This document shows positions 48,753 through 59,900 of a stretch of DNA of 64,000 nucleotides, in pieces (position 1 is the stretch's first letter; every line of letters begins with the position of its first letter). Both the position numbers and the translations under genes were made by a program. The stretch is taken from NCBI GenBank assembly GCA_964057225.1, contig OZ059898.1, positions 10,044,001 to 10,108,000 of the forward strand, in the 5' to 3' direction. The notes under the pieces were generated by a model. The model saw nothing but the letters and a program-made list of their open reading frames with translations, did no database searches and was not told the origin of the DNA. The stretch comes from Auanema rhodensis. Lineage: Eukaryota > Animalia > Nematoda.

Positions 48753-50374
48753 TTCGAAAATGTTAGATTGTTTCCGAAAAATTATGAAAAGTCAAGTTCT
48801 ACTGATTTGAAGAGAATTGTAAGTTTTAGAAAATAATTAAAAATAAGTTCTCTCTACTATTAACTGATTGTCGGCTAAAATGAGGTAACAGTTTTTATTG
48901 AAAGTTTCCATGATTAGGAGTAAACAAAAAAAAGAATTAAAAAGAAACACTTCTTGTTTACTTACTTGATTATACTACTTGAAATTCGAAAAAATGTAAA
49001 AAACAATTGAGAAAGCGACATAAACAGTTGAACGATTTGAAGAGAATTGTAAGTTTAAGAAAAGATTTAAAGTTTAGCTTTGTCTACTATTAACTGATTA
49101 TCGGCTGAAATATGGTGACAGTTTTTTATTAAAAGTTTCCATGATTAAGATTGAACAAAGAAGAAAAAATCAAAGAGAGACACTTCTTGTTTACTTATTT
49201 GATTATAATACTTGAAATTCCAAAAACAGTAGAATAAAATAGAGAAAGAGACGAAAAAAGTTGAACGATTTGAAGAGAATTGTAAGTTTTAGAAAAGAAT
49301 TAAAGTTTAGCTTTGTCTACTATTAACTGATTATCGGCTGAAATATGGTGACAGTTTTTTATTAAAAGTTTCCAAGATTAAGATTAAACAAAGAAAAAAA
49401 ATCAAAGAGAAACACTTCTTGTTTACTTATTTGATTATAATACTTGAAATTCCAAAAACAGTAGAATAAAATAGAGAAAGAGACCAAAAAAGTTGAACGA
49501 TTTGAAGAGAATTGTAAGTTTTAGAAAAGAATTAAAGTTCAGCTATCTCTACTATTAACTGATTATCGGCTGAAATATGGTGACAGTTTTTTATTAAAAG
49601 TTTCCATGATTAAGATTAAACAAAGAAAAAAAAACCAAAGAGAAACACTTCTTGTTTACTTATTTGATTATAATACTTGAAATTCCGAAAACAGTAGAAT
49701 AAAATAAAGAAAGCGACAAAAACAGTTGAACGATTTGAAGAGAATCGGCTAAAATAAGGTAACAGTTTTTATTAAAGCGAGTAAAACTGTTGAACGATTT
49801 GAAGACAATCGGCTAAAATAAGGTAACAGTTTTTATTAAAGCGAGTAAAACTGTTGAACGATTTGAAGAAAATTGTAAGTTTTAGAAAATAATTAAAAAT
49901 AAGTTCTCTCTACTATTAACTGATTGTCGGCTAAAATATGGTAACAGTTTTTTTGAAAAGTTTCCATGATTAGGATTAAACAAAGAAAAAAGAATCAAAG
50001 AGAAACACTTCTTGTTTACTTATTTGATTATAATACTTGAAATTCCGAAAACAGTAGAATAAAATAAAGAAAGCGACAAAAACAGTTGAACGATTTGAAG
50101 AGAATTGTAAGTTTAAGAAAAGATTTAAAGTTTAGCTTTGTCTATTATTAACTGATTATCGGCTGAAATATGGTGACAGTTTTTTATTAAAAGTTTCCAT
50201 GATTAAGATTAAACAAAGAAAAAAAAATCAAAGAGAAACACTTCTTGTTTACTAATTTGATTATAACACTTGAAAATCCAACAAAAGTAAAATAAAACTG
50301 TGAAAGCGGGTAAAACTGTTGAACTAAAACAGTCTTTATAAAATATAAATGATATATTTTTATAAAAGAGAAGT

Positions 50375-50445
50375 TGCATCGGCCGGGAATCGAACCCGGG
50401 TCGCCCGCGTGGCAGGCGAGCATTCTACCACTGAACCACCGATGC
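50375..50445 (-). tRNA. tRNA-Gly: tRNA-Gly(GCC)
   Basis: Same 71-nt gene. Confidence 0.97.
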
Positions 50446-51007
50446 TTCGAAAATGTTAGATTGTTTCCGAAAAATTATGAAAAGTCAAGTTCTACTGATT
50501 TGAAGAGAATTTTAAGTTTTAGAAAAGAATTAAAAATAAGTTCTCTCTACTATTAACTGATTGTCGGCTAAAATATGGTAACAGTTTTTTTAAAAAGTTT
50601 CCATGATTAGGATTAAACAAAAAAAAGAATTAAAAAGAAACACTTCTTGTTTACTTACTTGATTATACTACTTGAAATTCGAAAAAAAGTAAAAAACAAT
50701 TGAGAAAGCGACATAAACAGTTGAACGATTTGAAGACAATTGTAAGTTGAAAAAAAAAATTAAAGTTTAGCTCTCTCTACTATTAACTGAATGTCGGCTA
50801 AAATATGATAACAGTTTTTATTAAAAGTTTTCATGATTGAGATTAAACAAAGAAAAAAAATCAAAGAGAAACACTTCTTGTTTACTAATTTGATTATAAC
50901 ACTTGAAAATCCAACAAAAGTAAAATAAAACTGTGAAAGCGGGTAAAACTGTTGAACTAAAACAGTCTTTATAAAATATAAATGATATTTTTTTATAAAA
51001 GTGAAGT

Positions 51008-51078
51008 TGCATCGGCCGGGAATCGAACCCGGGTCGCCCGCGTGGCAGGCGAGCATTCTACCACTGAACCACCGATGC
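51008..51078 (-). tRNA. tRNA-Gly: tRNA-Gly(GCC)
   Basis: Same 71-nt gene. Confidence 0.97.
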
Positions 51079-51871
51079 TTCGAAAATGTTAGATTGTTTC
51101 CGAAAAATTATGAAAAGTCAAGTTCTACTGATTTGAAGAGAATTGTAAGTTTTAGAAAATAATTAAAAATTAGTTCTCTCTACTATTAACTGATTGTCGG
51201 CTAAAATATGGTAACAGTTTTTATTGAAAGTTTCCATGATTAAGATTAAACAAAGAAAAAAAATCAAAGAGAAACACTTCTTGTTTACTTATTTGATTAT
51301 AATACTTGAAATTCCAAAAACAGTAGAATAAAATAGAGAAAGCGACGAAAAAAGTTGAACGATTTGAAGAGAATTGTAAGTTTTAGAAAAGAATTAAAGT
51401 TCAGCTATCTCTACTATTAACTGATTATCGGCTAAAATAAGGTAACAGTTTTTATTGAAAGTTTCCATGATTAAGATTAAACAAAGAAAAAAATCAAAGA
51501 GAAACACTTCTTGTTTACTTACTTGATTATAATACTTGAAATTCCAAAAACAGTAAAATAAAATTGAAAAAGCGACAAAAACAGTTGAACGATTTGAAGA
51601 CAATTGTAAGTTGAAAAAAAAAATTAAAGTTTAGCTCTCTCTACTATTAACTGAATGTCGGCTAAAATATGATAACAGTTTTTATTAAAAGTTTTCATGA
51701 TTAAGATTAAACAAAGAAAAAAAATCAAAGAGAAACACTTCTTGTTTACTAATTTGATTATAACACTTGAAATTCCAACAAAAGTAAAATAAAACTGTGA
51801 AAGCGGGTAAAACTGTTGAACTAAAACAGTCTTTATAAAATATAAATGATATTTTTTTATAAAAGTGAAGT

Positions 51872-51942
51872 TGCATCGGCCGGGAATCGAACCCGGGTCG
51901 CCCGCGTGGCAGGCGAGCATTCTACCACTGAACCACCGATGC
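51872..51942 (-). tRNA. tRNA-Gly: tRNA-Gly(GCC)
   Basis: Same 71-nt gene. Confidence 0.97.
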
Positions 51943-52737
51943 TTCGAAAATGTTAGATTGTTTCCGAAAAATTATGAAAAGTCAAGTTCTACTGATTTGA
52001 AGAGAATTGTAAGTTTTAGAAAATAATTAAAAATAAGTTCTCTCTACTATTAACTGACTATCGGCTAGAATAAGGTAACAGTTTTTATGAAAAGTTTCCA
52101 TGATTAGGATTAAACAAAAAAAAGAATTAAAAAGAAACACTTCTTGTTTACTTACTTGATTATACTACTTGAAATTCGAAAAAAAGTAAAAAACAATTGA
52201 GAAAGCGACATAAACAGTTGAACGATTTGAAGAGAATTGTAAGTTTAAGAAAAGATTTAAAGTTTAGCTTTGTCTACTATTAACTGATTATCGGCTGAAA
52301 TATGGTGACAGTTTTTTATTAAAAGTTTCCATGATTAAGATTAAACAAAGAAAAAAAAATCAAAGAGAAACACTTCTTGTTTACTTATTTGATTATAACA
52401 CTTGAAATTCCAACAAAAGTAAAGTAAAACTGTTAAAGCGAGTAAAACTGTTGAACGATTTGAAGACAATTGTAAGTTTAAGAAAAGAAATAAAGTTTAG
52501 CTTTGTCTACTATTAACTGATTGTCGGCTAAAATATGGTAACAGTTTTTATGAAAAGTTTCCATGATTTAGATTAAACAAAGAAAAAAAATCAAAGAGAA
52601 ACACTTCTTGTTTACTAATTTGATTATAACACTTGAAAATCCAACAAAAGTAAAATAAAACTGTGAAAGCGGGTAAAACTGTTGAACTAAAACAGTCTTT
52701 ATAAAATATAAATGATATATTTTTATAAAAGTGAAGT

Positions 52738-52808
52738 TGCATCGGCCGGGAATCGAACCCGGGTCGCCCGCGTGGCAGGCGAGCATTCTACCACTGAACC
52801 ACCGATGC
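52738..52808 (-). tRNA. tRNA-Gly: tRNA-Gly(GCC); element 2 is inserted 62 bp upstream
   Basis: Same 71-nt gene. Confidence 0.97.
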
Positions 52809-52870
52809 TTCGAAAATGTTAGATTGTTTCCGAAAAATTATGAAAAGTCAAGTTCTACTGATTTGAAGAG

Positions 52871-53214
52871 CGTTCCGTTATGCTCCTGCGTCGATAATAT
52901 AAACCATTGTAGTTTATACCATGACGCGAATAGTATTCCTTGGTGTAGCGGTAGGAATACAGAGCATAAGGTCAATCATAAGATAAAATAGAGAAAGATT
53001 TATTAGCATGAAACTACAACAATAATATACAAAGATAAAGATACAATACAATAAGATAAATATAAGTATAAAGACTAAACTACAAGCCGTCCATGAGCTT
53101 GCTAAGAGGCGAACTCCCGACCCAGGGAACGAGGCAAGGCGGAGCCATTCCTCGGTCCTCTGGTCGTCTGGCTCTAACCCTTCAGCTACATATATGGGGA
53201 GTCCGAATGGAACG
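52871..53214 (-). repeat. Inferred 3' LTR of element 2 (344 bp, CGTTCC...GGAACG)
   Basis: Inverted termini; sense strand preceded by purine tract plus GGCA as in element 1; AATAAA (52999-53004) in a context (catg..aataaa.ctttctct) shared with the element 1 LTR; partner LTR not visible. Confidence 0.78.
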
Positions 53215-53225
53215 TGCCCTTTTTC
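53215..53225 (-). promoter_or_regulatory. Polypurine tract of element 2
   Basis: Sense GAAAAAGGGCA abutting the inferred LTR start. Confidence 0.65.
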
Positions 53226-53909
53226 AAAGATTTTTCGCGTCCGCGCGATATAAAGAGTTTTTAGTGTATATGTAGCTGAGTTTTAGAGTCTAGGAGTCTA
53301 CAAATAAATTTAAAAGTTTCAAAATCTACATGTAGAAAGATATATAAATAGTTTTAATAGGTTTATTTATGGTATTAAGATAGAATTTGAATACAATAAT
53401 AGGTTTTATGTTATTTTGTAACGGAGGATTAGAAAATAAATTTAGTCATTGTAGTACTGTAATAAAAAAAAATTTCTTTGTTTCATGAATGTGTGATTTA
53501 TGTGAGACAATAAGGAATTATTAAACATTTCGGTTACATGGTTACTCGTATCCTAATGATGATGGGGATAATTTTAGTTAATAATTTACTCGTCTCCATA
53601 TGTCTCTCTAAATGAATCCTTGAGTACTAATGGAGGCTACCACTCAGATGGGGTGTGGCTTAGGCGCCTGCCAATGTTCGTCTCTTCTTGGAGATACATA
53701 TGGAGCTCAGTTTAGCGCAAAATATTATCTCTATCGGTCGTATAGGATTACGGTAACCATTTATTTCTATTATATTCTCACTTATTCCTTAGTTTTGGTT
53801 GTTTACTCACTTAATCTCTCATCAAAAAGTTTTCTAATTCACCGTTACTTTCATTTTACAATTTACAGAAAAGAAAAGAATGTATATAAAGTTATTTCTT
53901 GTCGTCTTT

Positions 53910-56900
53910 TCATGCTTTCTCTTTTTGATTTTTCATCCGTGGTAACCATAATTCATCTCCATCTTCGTTCTCTGATTCCGGTTCGCTATCGGTGTTATCT
54001 TGCTCGTTTCTTTTGATCACTCTTAGTATCTCTATATCGCTGTCCTCTTCTTCTTCTTCGTGATTGTTGCGTGTATTAGAGCGGGTATTGTGAGTGATAT
54101 TTTGAGTCGCGTTTGAGAAGAGTTTGAGATTATCCTTGTGGATATCTTGTATCTTTCCTGATGAATTCCTTATCTGCACCTTGGATCCTTGTACGTTAAT
54201 AACTTCGTAAGGTCCGTCATAGCTTTTCCTCAGTTTCTGACCAATTTTATGTGACTTTATTGTTGTCATCACCATGTCGCCGGGTTGAATGTTCCTTTCG
54301 TGCGTTCTTTGTGTTCTATCCTTCTTCTTTCTGGCGTTTTCTTGGTTTTGGGCGATACGTTCACGTATTATTTGGTCTATTTTCATCATTTGAGGTCTTC
54401 TCGTGAGTAATTCTTCCGAAATCTCTTTGATTTTTGTTATGGTTCCCGGTAATTCGGCATCAATTTTCATTCTGCATTCTTTTCCAAAAAGTGCTACGTA
54501 TGGGGCTATGCCTGTTGTAGCATGCTGAATATTATTGATAGCGAATGTAATTTTTGGCAATACGCTATCCCAGTCGCTTAGATCTTCCTTCAAGTAGTGT
54601 GTTAATCCTTCCTCAAGAGTTCTGTGTAGTCTTTCGACTTGTCCGTTTGAGTTCTTTTGGTGAGGAAGGGTGGGTTCATGTTGAATTCCCAGTTTTGTAC
54701 ACATTTCTTCAAACTTTTGAGATACAAAATTAGATCCTCTATCGGTGATCAGTCGATGAGGCGGTCCGTATATGTATACAAAGTTGCGTAGAAATCTGTC
54801 AATTGTTATTTCTGTCGTAATTTGCGGTACTGCTATCGTGGTTGACCATTTAGTAAAAGCATCCTGGATGGTAATAACGTAAGTACAATTCCTTTTTGAC
54901 GGGGGAAAAGGTCCCATTACATCCATATGAACCCGTTCAAAAGGCTTGGTCGGTATTTCAAATTGACCTATTGGCTGTACTGTCATAGAATGTGGGTCCT
55001 TCTTCCTTTGTGCGCATTTAATGCAGTTTTTGATATATATCATGATATCATTTTGCATGTTGGTCCAATAAAATCTCCGTAGGATGGCTTCTTTAGTTTT
55101 ATTAATTCCTTGATGCGCTGCGATTGTAGGATCTTCGTGAAATAATTCTATTATCTCGTCCTTGATTGGATGATCTTGTGGCACAACGATTGCAGGATGT
55201 GGTTTCTTGTCTGTTGGTTTTGTGTAGAGTAATCCATTTATAACGCAATATCTATCGTTAGAGACCATTTTCTTTTGCGTTCTATATTCGATGTCCGCGA
55301 TTGTTTTCTTTATCCATAGAGTATTTTGTTGAATTTCTTTTATAGCAGGTGTATCAATAGTATTTATTCTGATCGATTCTGCGTTTTTCTTTTTCTTCTT
55401 TTCCGGCTTTGCATCATTTGCTTCATCGCCTATATAACGTGACAATGCATCACATACTTTATTGAGCTGGCCCTCTCTGTACCTTATCTCAATGTCGTAT
55501 TCTTGTATTACTAACTGAAATTTAGCAAGACGACCAAATAGGTCTCTGCGAGTTAGTAAACTTGTGAGAGGGCGATGGTCAGTGATACATATAGTATGCG
55601 TTCCCAGTATGTATGTGCGAAATTGATTCAGTGCATATACTAACCCTAAGGCTTCAATTTCGATTGGTGCGTAATTGCGTTCCGCTTTTACCAGTTTTCT
55701 GCTGGCAAATGCGATAGGATGAAGATGCTTCAATGGTTGCGTTTGATCTTCTGGTTGCAATAATACTGCGCCCACTGCTATGTTGCTGCCGTCACTCTCG
55801 ATAATGAATAATCGATCAGATTTTGGTGGACTTAATACAGGCGCTTGGGTGAGACTTCTTTTTAATCGATCTACAGCTTCCTGATGTTGCTTTTCCCAAG
55901 CGAATTCGGTATCCGTCTTTGTCAAATCGTACAATGGGCTTGCGATACTTGCAAAATCTTTAATGAATTTGCGAAAAAATCCAACCATTCCTAAGAATGC
56001 GCGAACGCCTGTTGCGTTCTTTGGTGCCGGATATTCTTGTATCGCAGCCACTTTTTGAGGGTCCGGTTTTATTCCTTCTCTTCCAATTATTAATCCAAGA
56101 AATTTTACTTCTGGTTGAGCAAAGGCACATTTCTTTAACTTAATTTTCATTCCCAAACTTTCGACCGCATGTAATAATTCGTCGATATCTTCAAGGTGTT
56201 GCTTTCTTGTATCAGAGATTATCAGCAGATCGTCCAAGTATACAAATAATTTGCAAGAGCATTTACTTTGCAAATATCTTACTGCTGTTTGAAAAGTATG
56301 AGGGGCTCCGCAGAGACCCATAGGCATTCTTTTATATTGATACGTGCCTGATGTTGTTGTAAATGCTGTTAAATGACGATCAGATTTACGTAGTGATATT
56401 TGAAAAAATCCTGATACTAAATCGAAGTTTGAGAAGAATTGAGCTCCAGCTGCCATGTCAACTATATCCGATATGCTTGGTATAACGTATGTTTGTTTAC
56501 GCGTGACACTATTGAGGGCTCGAAAATCTGTCACGAACCTATATGTCTCATCCTTCTTCTTCACTAGCACAGCAGGGCTATTGAAGAGGGATGTAGAGGG
56601 TTCGATTATGCCTTGCTCTAGCATTTCTTTTACTTGCTTTTCCACTTCTTCCTGTTTACCAAGTGGAATCCTCGTTATTCTTGACCTTGGCATGTCCATA
56701 TCCGATCTTAGTGGAATTGTATGCTCAATGGGTCCTTTAAATAGACCTATCTTCCTATCTTCATTAAGAAAGGCCTCACGATGGTTCTTAACTATGTTTG
56801 TGAGCTCGTGCTTGTCTTCATTATTCAAATCTGCTTTATCCAGATTAAGGTCATTCATAAAATTTCTTGGAAAGTGGGGTAATTTATTCTCCCAATCTGC

Positions 56901-59900
56901 TTCTGGAGGAATATATGGTTGCATAGGGTCTTCTTGTATTGTTTGCCAACTTGGTACTTCTCCTATTGTTGCCTGCCCTATGACTGAATTAGCTTCCATA
57001 GCTAATGTTTTGTCCGTATTGTTACGGAAAACTACATATACTCCACTTGTCTCACGGAAAGCTGTTGGATAACTTGAAGCTAATGCATTTCCGTTGTCTC
57101 CTAAGATTACCACTTCGTTTGATTTAAGTGGTCTATCAGCTTTGATTGGAATAGTGGACTCTTCATCGGGTTGTATGATTCTTTTCTTCAAATTGATGAT
57201 ATTTACTGTTATTGCCGTTTGTTTAATGGGGGGGGGGAGTGCGTAATTTCCGATCTCTAGCATCTTTTTCGATGGTTTTAAACTGACATCAATGTTTTCA
57301 CTGTCGAGCGTGCTCATAAAGTCCATCCCAATAAGAGCAGGGGCTGGGCAATCACAGTCATTTGAGACCAAAAAGGTATGTTCTATCTCATAGCCAGCAA
57401 TTTCGATGTTTAAATTTATTTTTCCGTATAATGTAAACGTTGTTTTGTTTGCTGCCATTGCCACTAATCGTCGCTTTTTGACGTGTTGAGCCATGTTCAG
57501 GTATTTTAATGTCGATAGCCTGACATATGAGACTGACGAGCCTGAATCCCATAAAGCTAATATCAGCTTATCTTCTACTGATATATAGATAAGTGGTAGC
57601 TTTGTTTCTTTTGATTTAATAGAAGCAATAAATGGTATTGCTAGTGGAATGAATGTTACGAGCGCCGGGTAATACTGCTTCATTATATTTTCTGGCATTG
57701 GTTGGTCTGGGCGGCTAACGAGTTCTAATGTTTCCTCGTAGCCTGGGGGCTCGTTGTCTGCTCTTTGAATATGCATGACTGGTAGTGGCATTGCTTTGAA
57801 AAAGTAAAATTTTCCGGCAAAGATGGTAATTATGATTGCTGCAATGATTAGAACAGTAGATCCTATTAATATTAAGGTTCTTTCAATTGTCCCCATTAAG
57901 AATTGTTTTATGCTATTCCAGGCTGTAGTTGTGAACTCAGTTGCTTTCGAAATATAATCGCTGCCCTTTTTCAAAAGAATAAAGGCTGACGTTATCTTTG
58001 GGTCGTTGTGAATCGTATTTAGTACGTGATTTTGTCGTATTGAAGCTAAACTAGCTCCATACGCTATTGCGGTAGTCATTGAATAGACTCTTGATGAAAG
58101 ATTAGTATAAAGATGAGCACCTGTAAATTTTAAAGGCGTAACTTTATGTTGGTGAGCTCCATCAAAAAGTGTGATGGGATTGACTTCCGCAGACCCATTA
58201 ATGTTCATCCATTCCCCGTTTTTCTCATAAATATCAGTTGGTACGTGTTCGCAGTCGATTTCTTTCCCGTACGAGAGTAAATCTCTTGATCCCGGTGCTG
58301 CGAAATATAATTTGTTGTCTTCGGTTGTTACTGGTGTCTCTAAGTAACATGTTTCATTGATTTTATGAGAGTGGTGAACGGTTTTAGGCTCTATTGGTAG
58401 GCATATATGAACATGAACTATTTCGCTGCCCACGAAACGCGCTGCTATGTCTTCTCTGCCGAGGATTGTTCTCATTGCTATGGTTGGCTCTATTTGGAGA
58501 ATTGAACGCCACAATTCGAGATATCTATTTTGTATCTCGCATATGGATTCGTAAGATTCCATAAAATGCTTTTGCAATTCTTCCTGTATAAGAGTGGTTG
58601 CATATTGTAGATGATCTTGCGCTATTCTCTGAGATATATTCTGTTTATATTGTATCTCGTTGTTTACTTTAAAGCCTATATAATGTGCTTGCGCTTGTAC
58701 TGCTTTCGTTTCAATCTCCAAAGGTGGTGATGACGTTCTCTGCTTTCTTTGCGATCTTAAAGACATATCTGTGACCGTTGCAAACGTAGTAATAGGCTGT
58801 TCTTTGTGAACACCATATATTAATGTAACCGTTGTTGGGGCGCGCGTGGATGTTATGGTTTGAGTTATATCGATCTCTGGCGTTGTTTGAGGGTCCTGGA
58901 TTAGCTTTGTTACTTCCGTTGTTGTCGTTATATATTCCGTTTTGTCTGTCAGGCGTCTGGTTGAGTAGGGAGGTGTTCTTTTATCCTCTAGTAGCGGTAG
59001 AAAGGTTTGAATGAGAAGATTTCGTGTATATTTGTTAGGACTTTTTGTTTGTTGATGGGGCCCAACAGGTATACCAAAATTATTCTCCATATCTCGATAT
59101 AATTTCTCTATATGTGGCAGGATAATAGTTGGTACAGGCAGATGTCGAAATCTTTCATCGTCTGCTCTGGCCGCTGTTTGATTGGGTTTTATTGTACGTA
59201 GTTTGAGGACTTGGTGATATAGGTCAATTGTTTCTTTAATAATCAGTTGTTCCTTTTCGTTATTAGTTGATAATACGGGCCTGATTGGCGGCATGTTTAC
59301 AAATGCTTTCAAAACTTCTTGTTTTGATGGCACCGACATGTTATTTTGAGCGAAAATGGTCGGTGTAAATGCCAACTCGAGCGCTATACTTTCGGTTCGC
59401 TCTCGATAACTTCCTTCTTTTGTGAGTATTTTTTCGTCAAATTCTTCTGCTGTTAATCTGTCGCCTATCTGCTCTAAAAGTTGCAGGGAGGTGAGGTATT
59501 TAACGGCTCCTCTTGTGGTAGCTGCCAGTTCTTTTTGGGCGAAGAATTGAAGCATTGCTTCTTCCGGGTCGTAGAATTCATATATTTTTAAGAATCTTTC
59601 TATTGATCTATCCGAAGTAGTGCTTCGTAGGAAGAATTTGAACTGCTCGGGATGTGCTGAGATCCACTTAACGATAGAATATGTTGGATCTATTGTCCGT
59701 CTGGCTCGAATTATAGGAATTATTTGTGATATCCCAGGGTTACTCATTACTGGACGTAAAAATAGGTATGGGCATATGTTCAATGTTAAAGTTTCGTAGT
59801 CTTCTTGTTCTTTTATCCAGCTTTCGTCCAATTGCAGTGCGCATTGCGCTATAGCCCTTTTTTGACGCTTAGCTGGCAACTTTTTATATTCTCTTTCAAT

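Larger units (their letters stand above)
21892..52870. repeat. Same ~231-bp satellite/tRNA-Gly array (middle block), with higher-order duplications
   Basis: Same monomer; resumes in register after element 1 (agaaaattgtaag); near-identical spurious ORFs recur at offsets 2427, 2650, 2789, 7504, 9727 and 10451 bp. Confidence 0.97.

Noticed and set aside
243-52786. Dozens of 60-98 aa ORFs (MLACHAG..., MSSNRST..., MQLHFY..., MKLHRPG...) in the array
   Set aside because: Translations of satellite and tRNA sequence; they open and close with homopolymer length changes
1-52870. CRISPR-like array (constant GC-rich unit between variable spacers)
   Set aside because: The constant unit is a tRNA gene, the spacers are satellite monomers, the context is eukaryotic and no cas genes are present
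52941-52951. Pol III promoter in the element 2 LTR (A-box match TGGTGTAGCGG)
   Set aside because: No convincing B box at suitable spacing; better explained as tRNA-Gln complementarity
56455-57072. 205-aa antisense ORF and other overlapping ORFs within the polyproteins
   Set aside because: Shadow ORFs of coding sequence; only a short part is open in element 1 (17050-17313)
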